From Heterodontus francisci (lineage: Eukaryota): a DNA stretch of 64,000 bases. Each line of letters opens with the position of its first letter. Position 1 is the stretch's first letter. Below are positions 1 to 12,029 of the stretch, one piece after another. The notes beneath the pieces were generated by a model. That model ran no database searches and was not told the origin of the DNA. It was given only the letters and a program-made list of their open reading frames with translations. The position numbers and the translations under genes are program-made. The stretch spans positions 17,013,630 through 17,077,629 of the forward strand of contig NC_090372.1 in assembly GCF_036365525.1 (NCBI RefSeq). The letters are read 5' to 3'.

Positions 1-75
1 AGACTCGTAATTCACATGTGACTTATGAGTTGCCCACATGTAAACACACTAAAACATATAATAAAACTCACTTAC

Positions 76-176
76 CTCTCAAATTTAGAGTTCACATCAA
101 AATGTTCTATTTTCAACACGAGGTTTAGATTGGCTCCATCAGTAACACTGTGTTTTGTTGAAGTATAGATGCTCAG
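76..176 (-). CDS. CLPTM1L: CLPTM1-like lipid scramblase, coding exon 2
   Basis: Translates LSIYTSTKHSVTDGANLNLVLKIEHFDVNSKFER, similar to human LSVYTTTRSHLGAENNIDLVLNVEDFDVESKFER. AG acceptor at 178-177 and GTAAGT donor at 75-70; 101 nt, phase 0 continuing from the exon at 5069. The gene runs off the left edge. Confidence 0.93.
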
Positions 177-1729
177 CTAAAATGCAAATTCGAAACAGTA
201 AGCAAACTTTAAAAACATCATATATACTATTCTTTCAAGGCTGTGTTCCTGAAAGAAACATTTAATAAAATGTCAATGTTAACATCAGTCACACAAGCAA
301 TGCTAACAAAAAGGCACATCAAGCAGCATTTGGGAGTACAAACAATGAACACAACACAAAGTGCCAGAAAACTGAAAATGACAGTGTTTAAAAAAATGTC
401 TCAACTATTAGTAGCAGAATCAATAACACTTTAATCCTACTGCTAACAATCTGATATACAGCCTCAACTTTTCCCCATTTAGTGATGCATATCACTGGAA
501 ACTAACATATGCTGCTAGAGCGAGTTGAACCGCAAGTTCAAACACGTCACAACGACTTCCCAAAGCATCGATCAGAAGCTGGGTATGCACATACAAGTAG
601 GTCATATTATTGTTTCCAGGGCGTTCTCTAGCACTTCCTAGAACTTAGCTCAGAGTAGGAACAGAAAGGGCCTAAGAGGAAGTCACATCCATCATTTGGG
701 CAGCTTTGGGAAGAATCTATAAGGAGGCTAACCTCTGATTAAAAACAGCACATTCCAGAGATGATTTGCTCAGGTTGCAGCTGTACCAGTATGCCCAACT
801 ACAGCTGGACAATTATTGCAGGAAGCAAATGGCACCATGACAGGCGCACTGTCACTCTAGCTGCTCTGAAGGATTAGGAGTAAAAGTTGTGTGTGGCAGC
901 GGTGGAGGTGGGGAAGATATCCAACTTGTCTCTAAATCCTGGCAATTCAACCCTAAAAGGCCAGGCAACTTAGTCCTAGCTGCAATTATATTTATTATTT
1001 GCTGGTCTGTGATGATTGAGTTTTGTGGTTCTGGAAGCTTGGAAAGAATTGTCTTTAGCATTGTTGGTTGGAAAGAGCTGTTTTCAGTGATGCTGTTTGG
1101 ACCACTCCTGATTTAGCAGAATCAGGTGACTGTTTCCCAGCATAATGCCATAGCTGACCTCAACATAATTTAACACATTTCAAAGCTGATCTTTAATAAG
1201 GCAATGAAAAATAAAGCTGCCGCTCAATGTTTGAGCTAAGGTGTAATTATTTAAAGAGCACAGGAACTCCTCAAGCGCTATTAAAAACAAGCCCAAACAA
1301 TTAAAAGATTTCAGTTTCTCCCCTTGGAGTTTTAAAAATCAACTTTGTAATGTGTGTCAAACTATTTCAAGGTCAGCTACAACATTGTGCTGGAAAACAA
1401 TCACACAGTATCCACATACTAACCTGGCAGCAGCCAATTTTAACCCAGTTAGGTTAACACTACATCATCTGAGGGCTCCTGTCTGCCAATTTAAAAAAAA
1501 ACTTGAATTTATGTAGCACCCTTCACGACCACTGGACACATCAAAGTGCTTTACAGCCAATGAAGTGCTTTTTGAAGTGTAGTCACTGTTGCAATGCAGG
1601 AATCCTGATTCAAAATTGGAAGGTAGCGGATACATCAAAAGTACTGGGAAAATAAGTGGCTGCATAATTCACAAATGCTAGAGAAAGCCAAGTTACACAG
1701 GCCACAGCCAGTAGTTTACAGGCTGAACA

Positions 1730-2120
1730 AGGGCTCAGTTGGTAGCACACTCACCTCTGGGTCAAAGGGTGGTGGGTTAAAGTCCCACTCCAGAGACTTG
1801 AGCCCACATATCTAGGTTGACAGTCCAGTATAATGAGGGAGTGCTGCAATGACTGAGATACCATCTTCGCAACGAGACCCCACTTGCTCTCTCAGATGGA
1901 TATAAAAGATCCTTCAGTATTATTTAGAAGAGCAGAGTACTATCCCCAGTGTCCTGCCCAATATTTATCCCTCAATCACCAAAAAAACAGATTATCTGAT
2001 TATCACGTTGTTCTTTGTAGGAGCTTGCTGGGTGCAAATTCCCTGCATTACAACAGTGACTATTCTTCAAAAGTGCTTTGGGACATCGAGGTTGTGAAAA
2101 GTGATATATAAATGCAAGTG
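1730..2120 (+). mobile_element. tRNA-headed Deu/SacSINE1-like SINE, near full length
   Basis: A box GGCTCAGTTGG, B-box-like GGTTAAAGTCC and L2-like tail TATATAAATGCAAG. Related copies at ~1500-1600, 33440-33610, 44115-44510, 47715-48125, 53100-53170 and 55700-55910. Confidence 0.7.
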
Positions 2121-2549
2121 TTTCTTTCTTGGTTTCTAATGTGTTATCCACACACTATATAAATCATTAAGACAAAATTAATTTGACAATTTCTGCTCAG
2201 GTGACCAGCAAGAGATTAGCAGCAGACTGCATGATAGCTGGAGTGCATGGAAGGCGGGCTGGGAGTGGGCGGGTGGTCTACGACAACCTGATACTTTCAC
2301 TGGAGAGAAGGAACTGTTGGGAACTTATACCCAGTCCGAGAAATAAAAAGGCAGCTATCAACCCACCAAATATTACTCTTTCAGAAAACAGGTTCCACAA
2401 AAAAGAAAATGTCACAATATCATTAAATATATTTCAGGCTTTAAAAGACACATACAGAGAATGCTAATTTACTATCAGCTGCCACTACTGTTGAAGAAAC
2501 ATTTACATATATATTGCATGGTGGTTCCAAGGCAGCCAGATCTACTTTA

Positions 2550-3780
2550 ACAACATAAGAACAGGAATGGAACCTTCAGTCCTTCAATTTAGATCATGAC
2601 TGATCTGATTTCAACTTCATTTACTCACCTTTTCTCCATATCGAGTATTGTTGAAAAGAGAGAGATTTTGTCGAAGCCATTCGTCTTGCCATTAGGACAA
2701 TTCACAAGAATACCAACGTAAGGGCAAAAAAAAATTTATAGTTTATGAGAAGAGAGTGATTGATTGGAAAGTGGGCACTGATTGGTCAAGGTGTTACCAT
2801 GGAGAATGCACCAGTTGTTTTCCCTTACATTGGTATTCTTGTGAATTGTCCTGATGAGTGCAAGATGAAAGGTTTCAACAAAATGTCTCCATTTTCAGCT
2901 ATACTCGTTCTGTTCTACCAAATGACTATTTTCTCCATATCCTGATACCCTTGCCTAACAAAAAGCTATCAATCCAAGTCTTGAAAATCTCAATTGAACC
3001 AACATCCACAGCTCTTTTGGGGAGTGTGTTCTGGATTTCTATTACTGATTGTATGAAAATTGCTTCAGAACTTCACTCCTATATTGCCTATTTCTAATCT
3101 TAAAATTCTATGCTAAGTATTTCCAGCACTTTATGTTTTTATTTCAGATTTCCAGCATCTGCAGTATTTTGCTTTTATTAAAATTCTATTATTGCGGATT
3201 CCTGCAGCAGAGGAAGTAGCTTCTATCTGATCAATCCATCCCTTTATTATTTTAAACACCTCAATTAGATCAACCCTCAACTGTCTAAACGTAAGGAAAC
3301 ACAAGACACATTTGTGCAACCTGTCCACATAACTTAACCCTTTGAGATCTGATAGATCTCTGGTGAATGTACACTGTATCCTCTCCAAGACTAATATTTC
3401 TGAGATGCGATGCCCAAAACTGAAGACAGTACTCCAGATGGGTTCTGACCAACACACTGTACAACTGAAGCACAACTTCCTCACTTTCCTATTCCAACTT
3501 CCAGGAGATAAAAGCCAACATTCCATTAGCTTTTGATTACTTTTTTTTAAACCTATGTTCCTCCACAGTTCAGTCTTTTACCGTTAAGAAAATATAATTT
3601 ATTTCAGATCCAAAGTAGATGACCTCACATTGAACTCCATCTGCCATAGTTTAGGCCTTTCAGTTATGTCCCTTTGTGACTTCCTGCTCCCACCTACACA
3701 ACTTACTCTGCCTAACAATCTCATCTGTAAATTTGAATATACAACTCCCTATCCCTTCATCCAAATTTATATATCTAGTT
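2550..3780 (-). mobile_element. Degraded CR1 LINE 3' fragment with nested insertions
   Basis: LYSVLVRTHLEYCLQFW and DLIEVFKIIKG motifs in different frames; interrupted by Penelope-type elements at ~2650-2900 and 3117-3180. Confidence 0.75.
2648..2900. mobile_element. Penelope-derived foldback element with hammerhead-like arms
   Basis: ~80 bp inverted arms (GGACAATTCACAAGAATACCAA / TTGGTATTCTTGTGAATTGTCC); the right arm contains CTGATGA...GAAA. Confidence 0.65.
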
Positions 3781-5068
3781 ACATATGAGGTCCCGTTACA
3801 AATCCCTGGGGAACATGACCAGTCACGTTCCACTATTCAAAGAAAGCTCCCTTTAGCCCTACTGTTTCTTACCACCACTATCCCATGTCACATGGTTACT
3901 TACCTCCAATTTTCAGCTCTCATTTTTGATAATCTTGTGTCTGGAACTTTCAAGAAGTCTTCTGAAAGCCCGGATCGACCAACCTTAAGCACTCCCCCTA
4001 TCCATCATACTAATGATCTCCTCAAAAAATTCAGTTAGAAAACTAAAACAAGTGTGCATACACAACCAGGCATGTGCAGCTATTTTAAAATCACAAGATA
4101 GTGCTCATTTGACAATCTTTTCAATGACTATGGCAAATACAAACTATGGAGCAATTTCTGGTGAAACCCCCATCCTACTGCATCATGAAAACAAATTCCA
4201 AATGCAGAGAACTGTCACAACGTGTTTTTGTATCAGTAACTTATCCCTACAAATACTGACACTTTGACTTACTCCTGAGGCTATTGGTCCTAGTTTCCTA
4301 AAGAGTGCCAGCTACCCAAAGAAAATGAGGGCCAGCAATTACAAAAAAAATTTACTAGTACTCCGCAACAGAAACAACTTGCTCGGAAGTCAGTGGGTAC
4401 AAAAATAAATGCAAGTATACAATGAGAGAAATCTGGTGACTTCAGGGATCTGCTGGAAGACATTAATTTGACATCCTGTGGTTATTTGAGTAATTTGCCA
4501 TGAATAAGACCTCCACTAACAAATTGTTAAAGTACAAAGGATGGTATCCCTGTCACTAGATGCAGTCCACATCACCAAATAGGTGATTTTCAGCTCCACT
4601 TGAGGCACGCGGGCAAAAATATGACTGCTAGTCATGTTTTCACCCTCCCTAAAGATCATTTTATCAATCACAGCATGGTTCAGACTTTGCCTGACCTTTG
4701 AGGAAACTACCAGCTGTAGCAAAACAACTGTATGTGCAGAGCAATTTTAAAATGAACCTGGCTGCCCTCCAGAACCTAAATGGAGTTGTTACAACAAACA
4801 GGAGCGACTGTGAATGCAAGCATAACATTACTGAGTATAACAGTGAAAGTGCCCACTGCTAAAGTTGGTGCATTCCATTAATATTGCAGAATTAATGAAA
4901 TATCCAACCAACAGCCACAGTAAACTTATTTTTAAAAACTTTTAAGCCACGTCATGTTGATATCCTGATCTAAAAGATACAATTCAGAAGTATCAACCGA
5001 GCTGACACTTGACACGTTGAACATTGGACAAGAATCAACTGTAGTGTGCAAAAACCAAAAGCACTGAC

Positions 5069-5239
5069 CTGAATTCTAGGGTTAACAGCTAGGTAAGGCT
5101 TGATACAGTTCTTGCTCTTGGGGTTAGTGCAGGGCTTGGTGTAAACTATGCCATACATCACCCAACAAGTGTGCAACACATAGGCAATAAATACCCCGAC
5201 AATCAGGGTGGTGAAAGAGGTTGTCTTCAACCCAAACAT
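5069..5239 (-). CDS. CLPTM1L: CLPTM1-like lipid scramblase, first coding exon (57 codons)
   Basis: MFGLKTTSFTTLIVGVFIAYVLHTCWVMYGIVYTKPC...NCIKPYLAVNPRIQ matches the CLPTM1L N-terminus (SSFTSLVVGVFVVYVVHTCWVMYGIVYTRPC). GTCAGT donor at 5068. A T-rich acceptor at 5279-5278 suggests the exon begins at 5277. Confidence 0.95.
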
Positions 5240-5439
5240 AGTGGGAACAGTTCAGACGTACAAGAACCGCAACATGTCTGAATTAAACATTAAAAAATTC
5301 ACAGTTGATGGTTAAACCACGCTAGAGCTCTATCCCCTCGCAATGGAAGCACAGCCGCACTCAATCAGGGTCAAAGCCCAAACACCCACAACCTCCCTCC
5401 TTCTGCCTCCATTGCTGCCTCCACCGGCAACTACTCCCT

Positions 5440-5560
5440 CAGCCAAATCCGCCTGGATATGACGTCACGACGCCCACCGCCGGAAGTAGAATCCCAGCGC
5501 GCGGCCGCCCGGACCGTTACATTCAAATTTGGCGCGCGGGAGCTGGCTTCCGCAGAGGAT
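5440..5560 (-). promoter_or_regulatory. CpG-rich housekeeping-type promoter of CLPTM1L
   Basis: Full CRE TGACGTCA at 5460-5467, ETS/GABP site CCGGAAGT at 5480-5487, and dense CpG (GCGCGGCCGCCCGG, GGCGCGCGGG) in otherwise CpG-poor DNA, ~220 bp upstream of the ATG. Confidence 0.75.
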
Positions 5561-5574
5561 TTTGGTCTTTGCAG

Positions 5575-8470
5575 TTCATCTCCCCTTCCTCCACTACCAT
5601 CTCCCCATCCTCCCTTCCCATCTCCCCCCACTCCCATCCTCCCTTCCCACCACTCCCATCCTCCCTTCCCATCTCCCCCCACTCCCATCCTCCCTTCCCA
5701 CCACTCCCATCCTCCCTTCCCACCTCCCCCATCCTCCCTTCCCACCTCCCCCCACTACCAACTCCCCACCTCCCCCCACTACCATCTCCCCACCTCCCCC
5801 CACTACCATCTCCCCACCTCCCCCCACTACCATCTCCCCACCTCCCCCCACTACCATCTCCCCACCTCCCCCCACTACCATCTCCCCATCCTCCCTTCCC
5901 ACCTCCCCCCACTACCATCCTCCCATCCTCCCTTCCCACCTCCCCCCACTACCATCCCCCCTTCCTCCCTTCCCACCTCCCCCCTTCCTCCCTCCCCACC
6001 TCCCCCCACTACCATCTCCCCACCTCCCCCCACTACCATCTCCCCATCCTCCCTTCCCACCTCCCCCCCTCCCCCCACTACCATCCTCCCTTCCCACCTC
6101 CCCCCACTACCATCCCCCCTTCCTCCCTTCCCACCTCCCCCCTTCCTCCCTTCCCACCTCCCCCCACTACCATCTCCCCACCTCCCCCCACTACCATCTC
6201 CCCACCTCCCCCCACTACCATCTCCCCATCCTCCCTTCCCATCTCCCCCCACTCCCATCTCCCCATCCTCCCTTCCCACCTCCCCCCACTCCCATCCTCC
6301 CTTCCCACCACTCCCATCCTCCCTTCCCACCACTCCCATCCTCCCTTCCCACCTCCCCCCACTACCATCTCCCCATCCTCCCTTCCCACCTCCCCCCACT
6401 ACCATCCTCCCTTCCCACCTCCCCCCACTACCATCCCTCCTTCCTCCCTTCCCACCTCCCCCCTTCCTCCCTTCCCACCTCCCCCCACTACCATCTCCCC
6501 ACCTCCCCCCACTACCATCTCCCCACCCTCCCCCCACTACCATCTCCCCACCCTCCCTCCCCACCTCCCCCCACTACCATCTCCCCACCTCCCCCCACTA
6601 CCATCTCCCCACCTCCCCCCACTACCATCTCCCCACCTCCCCCCACTACCATCTCCCCACCCTCCCTCCCCACCTCCCCCCACTACCATCCTCCCTTCCC
6701 ATCTCCCCACCCTCCCTCCCCACCTCCCCCCACTACCATCCTCCCTTCCCACCTCCCCCCACTACCATCTCCCCATCCTCCCTTCCCACCTCCCCCCACT
6801 ACCATCCCCCCATCCTCCCTTCCCACCTCCCCCCACTACCATCCTCCCTTCCCACCTCCCCCCACTACCATCCTCCCTTCCCACCTCCCCCCACTACCAT
6901 CACCCCACCTCCCCCCACTACCATCTCCCCACCTCCCCCCACTACCATCTCCCCACCCTCCCTCCCTCCACTACCATCTCCCCACCCTCCCTCCCTCCCT
7001 CCACTACCATCTCCCCACCCTCCCTCCCTCCCTCCACTACCATCTCCCCACCCTCCCTCCCTCCCTCCACTACCATCTCCCCACCCTCCCTCCCTCCCCC
7101 CACTACCATCTCCCCACCCTCCCTCCCCCCACTACCATCTCCCCACCCTCCCTCCCCCCACTACCATCTCCCCACCCCCACTCCCCCCACCACCATCTCC
7201 CCACCCTCCCTCCCCCCACTACCATCTCCCCACCCCCCCTCCCCCCACTACCATCTCCCCACCCCCACTCCCCCCACTACCATCTCCCCACCCTCCCTCC
7301 CCCCACTACCATCTCCCCACCCCCCCTCCCCCCACTACCATCTCCCCACCCCCACTCCCCCCACTACCATCTCCCCACCCCCACTACCATCTCCCCATCC
7401 TCCCTTCCCACCTCCCCCCCACTACCATCTCCCCATCCTCCCTTCCCACCTCCCCCCCACTACCATCTCCCCTTCCTCCCTTCCCACCTCCCCCCCACTA
7501 CCATCTCCCCATCCTCCCTTCCCACCTCCCCCCCACTACCATCTCCCCATCCTCCCTTCCCACCTCCCCCCCACTACCATCTCCCCATCCTCCCTTCCCA
7601 CCTCCCCATCCTCCCTTCCCACCTCCCCCCACTACCATCTCCCCATCCTCCCTTCCCACCTCCCCCCCACTACCATCTCCCCATCCTCCCTTCCCACCTC
7701 CCCCCACTACCATCTCCCCATCCTCCCTTCCCACCTCCCCCCCACTACCATCTCCCCATCCTCCCTTCCCATCTCCCCATCCTCTCTTCCCACCTCCCCC
7801 CCACTACCATCTCCCCATCCTCCCTTCCCACCTCCCCCCCACTACCATCTCCCCATCCCCCCTTCCCACTACCATCCCCCCTTCCCACTACCATCCCCCC
7901 TTCCCACTACCATCCTCCCTTCCCACCTCCCCCCACTACCATTTCCCCTTCCTCCCTTCCCACCTCCCCCCACTATCATCTCCCCTTCCTCCCTTCCCGC
8001 CTCCCCCCCCACTACCATCTCCCCTCCCTACCTCCCCCCCCACTACCATCTCCCCTCCCTCCCTACCTCCCCCCCCCACTACCATCTCCCCTCCCTACCC
8101 ACCTCCCCTTCCTCACTTCCCACCTCCCCTTCCTCACTTCCCACCTCCCCTTCCTCACTTCCCACCTCCCTCCACTACCATCTCTCCTCCCTCCCCATCT
8201 CCCCCCACTCCCACCTCCCCTCCTCCCCCCACTCCCACCTCCCCTCCTCCCCACTGCCATCTCCCCTCACCACTGCTACCTCCCAACCCCCACCTCTGTC
8301 TGCCAGCTCCCCTCTTGCCCACCCCCAACTCTCCTCCCCCATTGCCACCTTCCTTCCCTACCCTCCCCCTCTTACCTTCTCCTATGCTCACCTCCCCAAC
8401 CGCCATTTCTCCAACCCCAACTCTTCACCGCACTGTCACCTCCCTGCAACACCTCCCTTCCCCCTTTTTG
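5575..8470. repeat. C-rich compound minisatellite (core CCCCACCTCCCCCCACTACCATCT with ~21-37 bp variants)
   Basis: About 2.9 kb of tandem units, almost G-free on the + strand, degenerating towards ~8200-8470. Confidence 0.97.
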
Positions 8471-8865
8471 TCCCCATTCTTTTTCCCATATTCTCTAAGT
8501 TTTATTTTGCATTTATTTTACATTCTAAACTTAAGCTGTATTCCTAACTTTGCAGTTCCCATTGTGTAGCAGCTGGGGCCCACAGTACAAACTGGGTTCC
8601 ACTGGCTGCAAACTATTTCCAGAGGCTGGTCTTTAGCCACTGGCAAGGTGGAACATTGAAGTCAGGTCCAATGTATGATGCATGACCTTTTAGAAATAAT
8701 TTCGGGAGCTCTAAGTTCATGAAGAGGCTTTAGGAAGCTGTTTACACTGAAACAGTTATTGCATTGGTGACAACATGAAGGGTAACTTTCTAAGGTATAC
8801 AGTGACGTATGCTTTTAATCAGAGGTTAGAACACAATCTTTAAGACAATACTTTCCACCGAATTA

Positions 8866-8885
8866 TTTATTGTTACACATAAAAA
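8866..8885 (-). terminator. Distal poly(A) signal with adjacent CPE-like TTTTTAT
   Basis: AATAAA at 8871-8866, TTTTTAT at 8885-8879; ends ~3.2 kb of AT-rich sequence with no recognisable repeats that resembles a 3' UTR. Confidence 0.5.
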
Positions 8886-11800
8886 TCAACTGGTTACAAT
8901 TCTTATCAAAAAGGGTTTAATATAACCAGTCATTGTTCTGAACATTCATTTGTGAAGTACAAAAGCTTTAGTACTGAATTAAAGTAAAAATGCCATTTGC
9001 AATTAGGTAACATTCTTCACACAACTGTAGAAGTTTCCAAGGATACAACAATATTGATGACCAGAAGTTAACAAACATGCATATGGTAACTTGCCAATTT
9101 CTGAACTTACAGAAAACAAGAACATAGAACAGCTGGAAGCTCAAAACAACAAACCAGTCTGTTCTCCAAGATTAACAGTATTTGATTAATTTGTATTTGC
9201 AGATTGTTGATTGGATAACCTGTATTGTAAAATGATCCATAGCTTGCAGCTTCATTTAGAGTTTTAAGAACTTTGAAATTGCATGTGACTTATGCACGGA
9301 GGCAAATAATCACTACACTTGCCAATAATAGGTACAGGAGCAACTTTTACATCAATACACCTTCCTTAATAGAAAAGTGAAACATATATAATCTGAATCA
9401 AATGATATCACAGAATAAAACAGTACATTATCATTGTTTATTGCTTTAATTTGAAGTTCTACACCCAACAAAAAAAAAATCAGGAAACATCACCTAAAAG
9501 AAATAAAAATGACTAAAACAGAACACATTTCAATATATTAAGGCAAGCTGCTACATGAATATCTACTAATGATATTACATCACTGCCATTCTTTCTCTTG
9601 TAATTCTTTCTCATCACTGTACTAATGCAGCACTTCTGAAACAAAAGCTGTAATGGACCAATTATCTACACATCTCGATTTTTCCTATCAATATGTCATA
9701 CTGACTGAGTCAATTTTAAATTTCAAAACCGTATCAGTAATTTTACATCACACTGGATTATTGTTGCATCTCCGAAAATAAAAGAAAACTTATAAAACTA
9801 GAACCTCAAGATCAAAAAAAAACTTTCTAACTTATTGATAACAATTCCAATTCACTGTCATTCAGCCATCAGAAAAACAAAATGGCATACATATACTGCA
9901 GAACAGTGCACAACAGAAACAACAGCTCCCCATAAATACAATTTAGGAGAGTAAAATTTAGCTCCCACTCAAACCAGAGCTTACAAATACTACATCATAT
10001 ATGTATTTCTAAAATAATTCAAACATTGCACCTGCAGCTAGCTAAGGAATACTGGTAAACAAGACAAAGTTTTTACCCCAAATTTCCACTCTAGCAAAAT
10101 GTAGCCTAAAACTAAAGTTATTCCCAATGCATTTTAGACCTGGTGCCTATGCAAATACATTCACTCCATTAACAATTACTTTTCGCCTACCATGGAATAT
10201 GTAAAGAAGCTAACTTTCGACAGGCAATTTTTCCTCTAACAGAACTTATTTTTTAAAAACGTGCAAGCAGCACTATTTGAAAGTTAGTGTTAACGAATAC
10301 ACAACCAAAGCTTTGCCAAATAGTTTAAAGAAATGTATTTCTGTCTTGACACAACGAGACTTTGAGTAGAACATTTTGCTTGTTTTACTTTGTGAAAAAA
10401 AATCCTACAGTTGTCTTGATGCTTACTTATATCTCTTTGCTCAGTATCCAATCTTTCTCTCGTACCACTTCGTACACAGTCACCAGAACAAGTGAAAAGC
10501 TTTGTACGCTCTCCTAGTTTGTGTAGACAATGGTATTTATGACTGAGTCAGATATGGTTTCCCCTCCATTTACAAAACTTTTGCACTGGGAATATTGCAA
10601 ACGCTATTTTAGTAAAAAAGAAAATTAGCCCTTAATCTTTGAAAGCATCAAATGATCAAATATTAAATAGGTCAATTTAGGTATGCATATTCAAAAATAG
10701 GTTATCAGCCTCAAGCGTACTGGACGCTACAGCATTTTAGGCTTCCACCTCTGTTCTATAATACCTGTTGGGTTTCATTTCTCAACTTGCCTGCACAGCT
10801 GTTTCAGCACGAGGAAAATTATTAAATCTCAAAATATCACAGGAAAATGAATAGATAAAAAGAACAAAATAATTATTTTCTGACTTACACTTTTGTCTGC
10901 TTAAAAAGCTATTAGTATAAGTTCTTCATTGAAAAATATATGTCACAAACATTGTTCCTATCCTTTCACTTAAATTATTGTTCAAAGAGCAAGTACTAAT
11001 TGTATTCTAAAACAAATAGGCTTGCAGAAACTTTATGACAGCAAGTGTCCTAAATTGCCATGTGCACTTGACACTGGTTAATGACTTGTACCTCTGTTGC
11101 TCAGTCCAATTTTCTCACACTTTAAGACATAATATTTTTTGCAAGTGTCCCCCCCTACATCAGTATTTACCACTTGAATAGAAATACTCTGCAAAATAAA
11201 TCAGCAAACAGGCAAAAAGGATGCTAATCGTGACTCTTGAAGCAGTTTTTTAAAAAAAAGAGTACCAACAATAGCAGCAGTTTAGTTTCATACAGCTATC
11301 AAAATATCACAAATATGTTAAGACTCAGGTTTGTCAAACTTAAGTGACAATCATTCTGGCCAAAGCACTGGCATACTTCTATGTGAAAACGCAGACTTAA
11401 ATAATCAAAATGTTATCCCTTTTCAACTATCTAGTGTGCTGTATATAATATAAACATTATTAGTTTGGTCAAAAATAAAGGTTAGAGCACTGTAATGCAA
11501 AGCTTCCATTCTGAAAGGATGTATCTGTGCTCAACATCTAGAGCAAAATGGGTGCCAAACTAAATAGTTCTGTTCCTAGCAACCTTGTAGTGACTGGGGA
11601 ATAAGTCTTTCCTTTACTGGAAAATAATGCAATGATAATTCTGACATGCAACCAACACACAGGATTAGACACTATCTCATACTTTGATCAGGAACTTCCT
11701 AATAACTACTCCCATTCTTGTGCTGTAATTTTGTCAAGAGGTCAGTGGAACTCGTGTACATGCAGGAACATTATTTCTGCGACACTTCCGATGATGTTAT

Positions 11801-11982
11801 GTCGCACAGCATGAACAGTTACAAGAAAAGTCCCTGCTTCTGAGATTCATTATTTTATGATATTTTCTAATCGTACATTAAAACTAAAATTCCCCATTTC
11901 TTAACTGCTATTTTTGTTAAAAACAAGATTGATGCTGTAATTTAAGATTCCACAGAAGTTAAATAAAAAAAAACTGTGCATA

Positions 11983-11988
11983 TTTATT
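11983..11988 (-). terminator. Proximal poly(A) signal of the uncharacterised gene
   Basis: AATAAA ~40 nt after the stop, followed by a U-rich tract (11973-11961). Confidence 0.45.
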
Positions 11989-12029
11989 CCAGCTTTTGTT
12001 CATTTTTATCTTTAAAAATTCCCAAGTTA

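Noticed and set aside
5459-8569. Three ~1000-aa Pro/His/Ser-rich extensin-like ORFs and many Gly-rich antisense ORFs
   Set aside because: All three frames are open only because the G-free minisatellite cannot form TAG/TGA and lacks TAA; no independent sign of coding.
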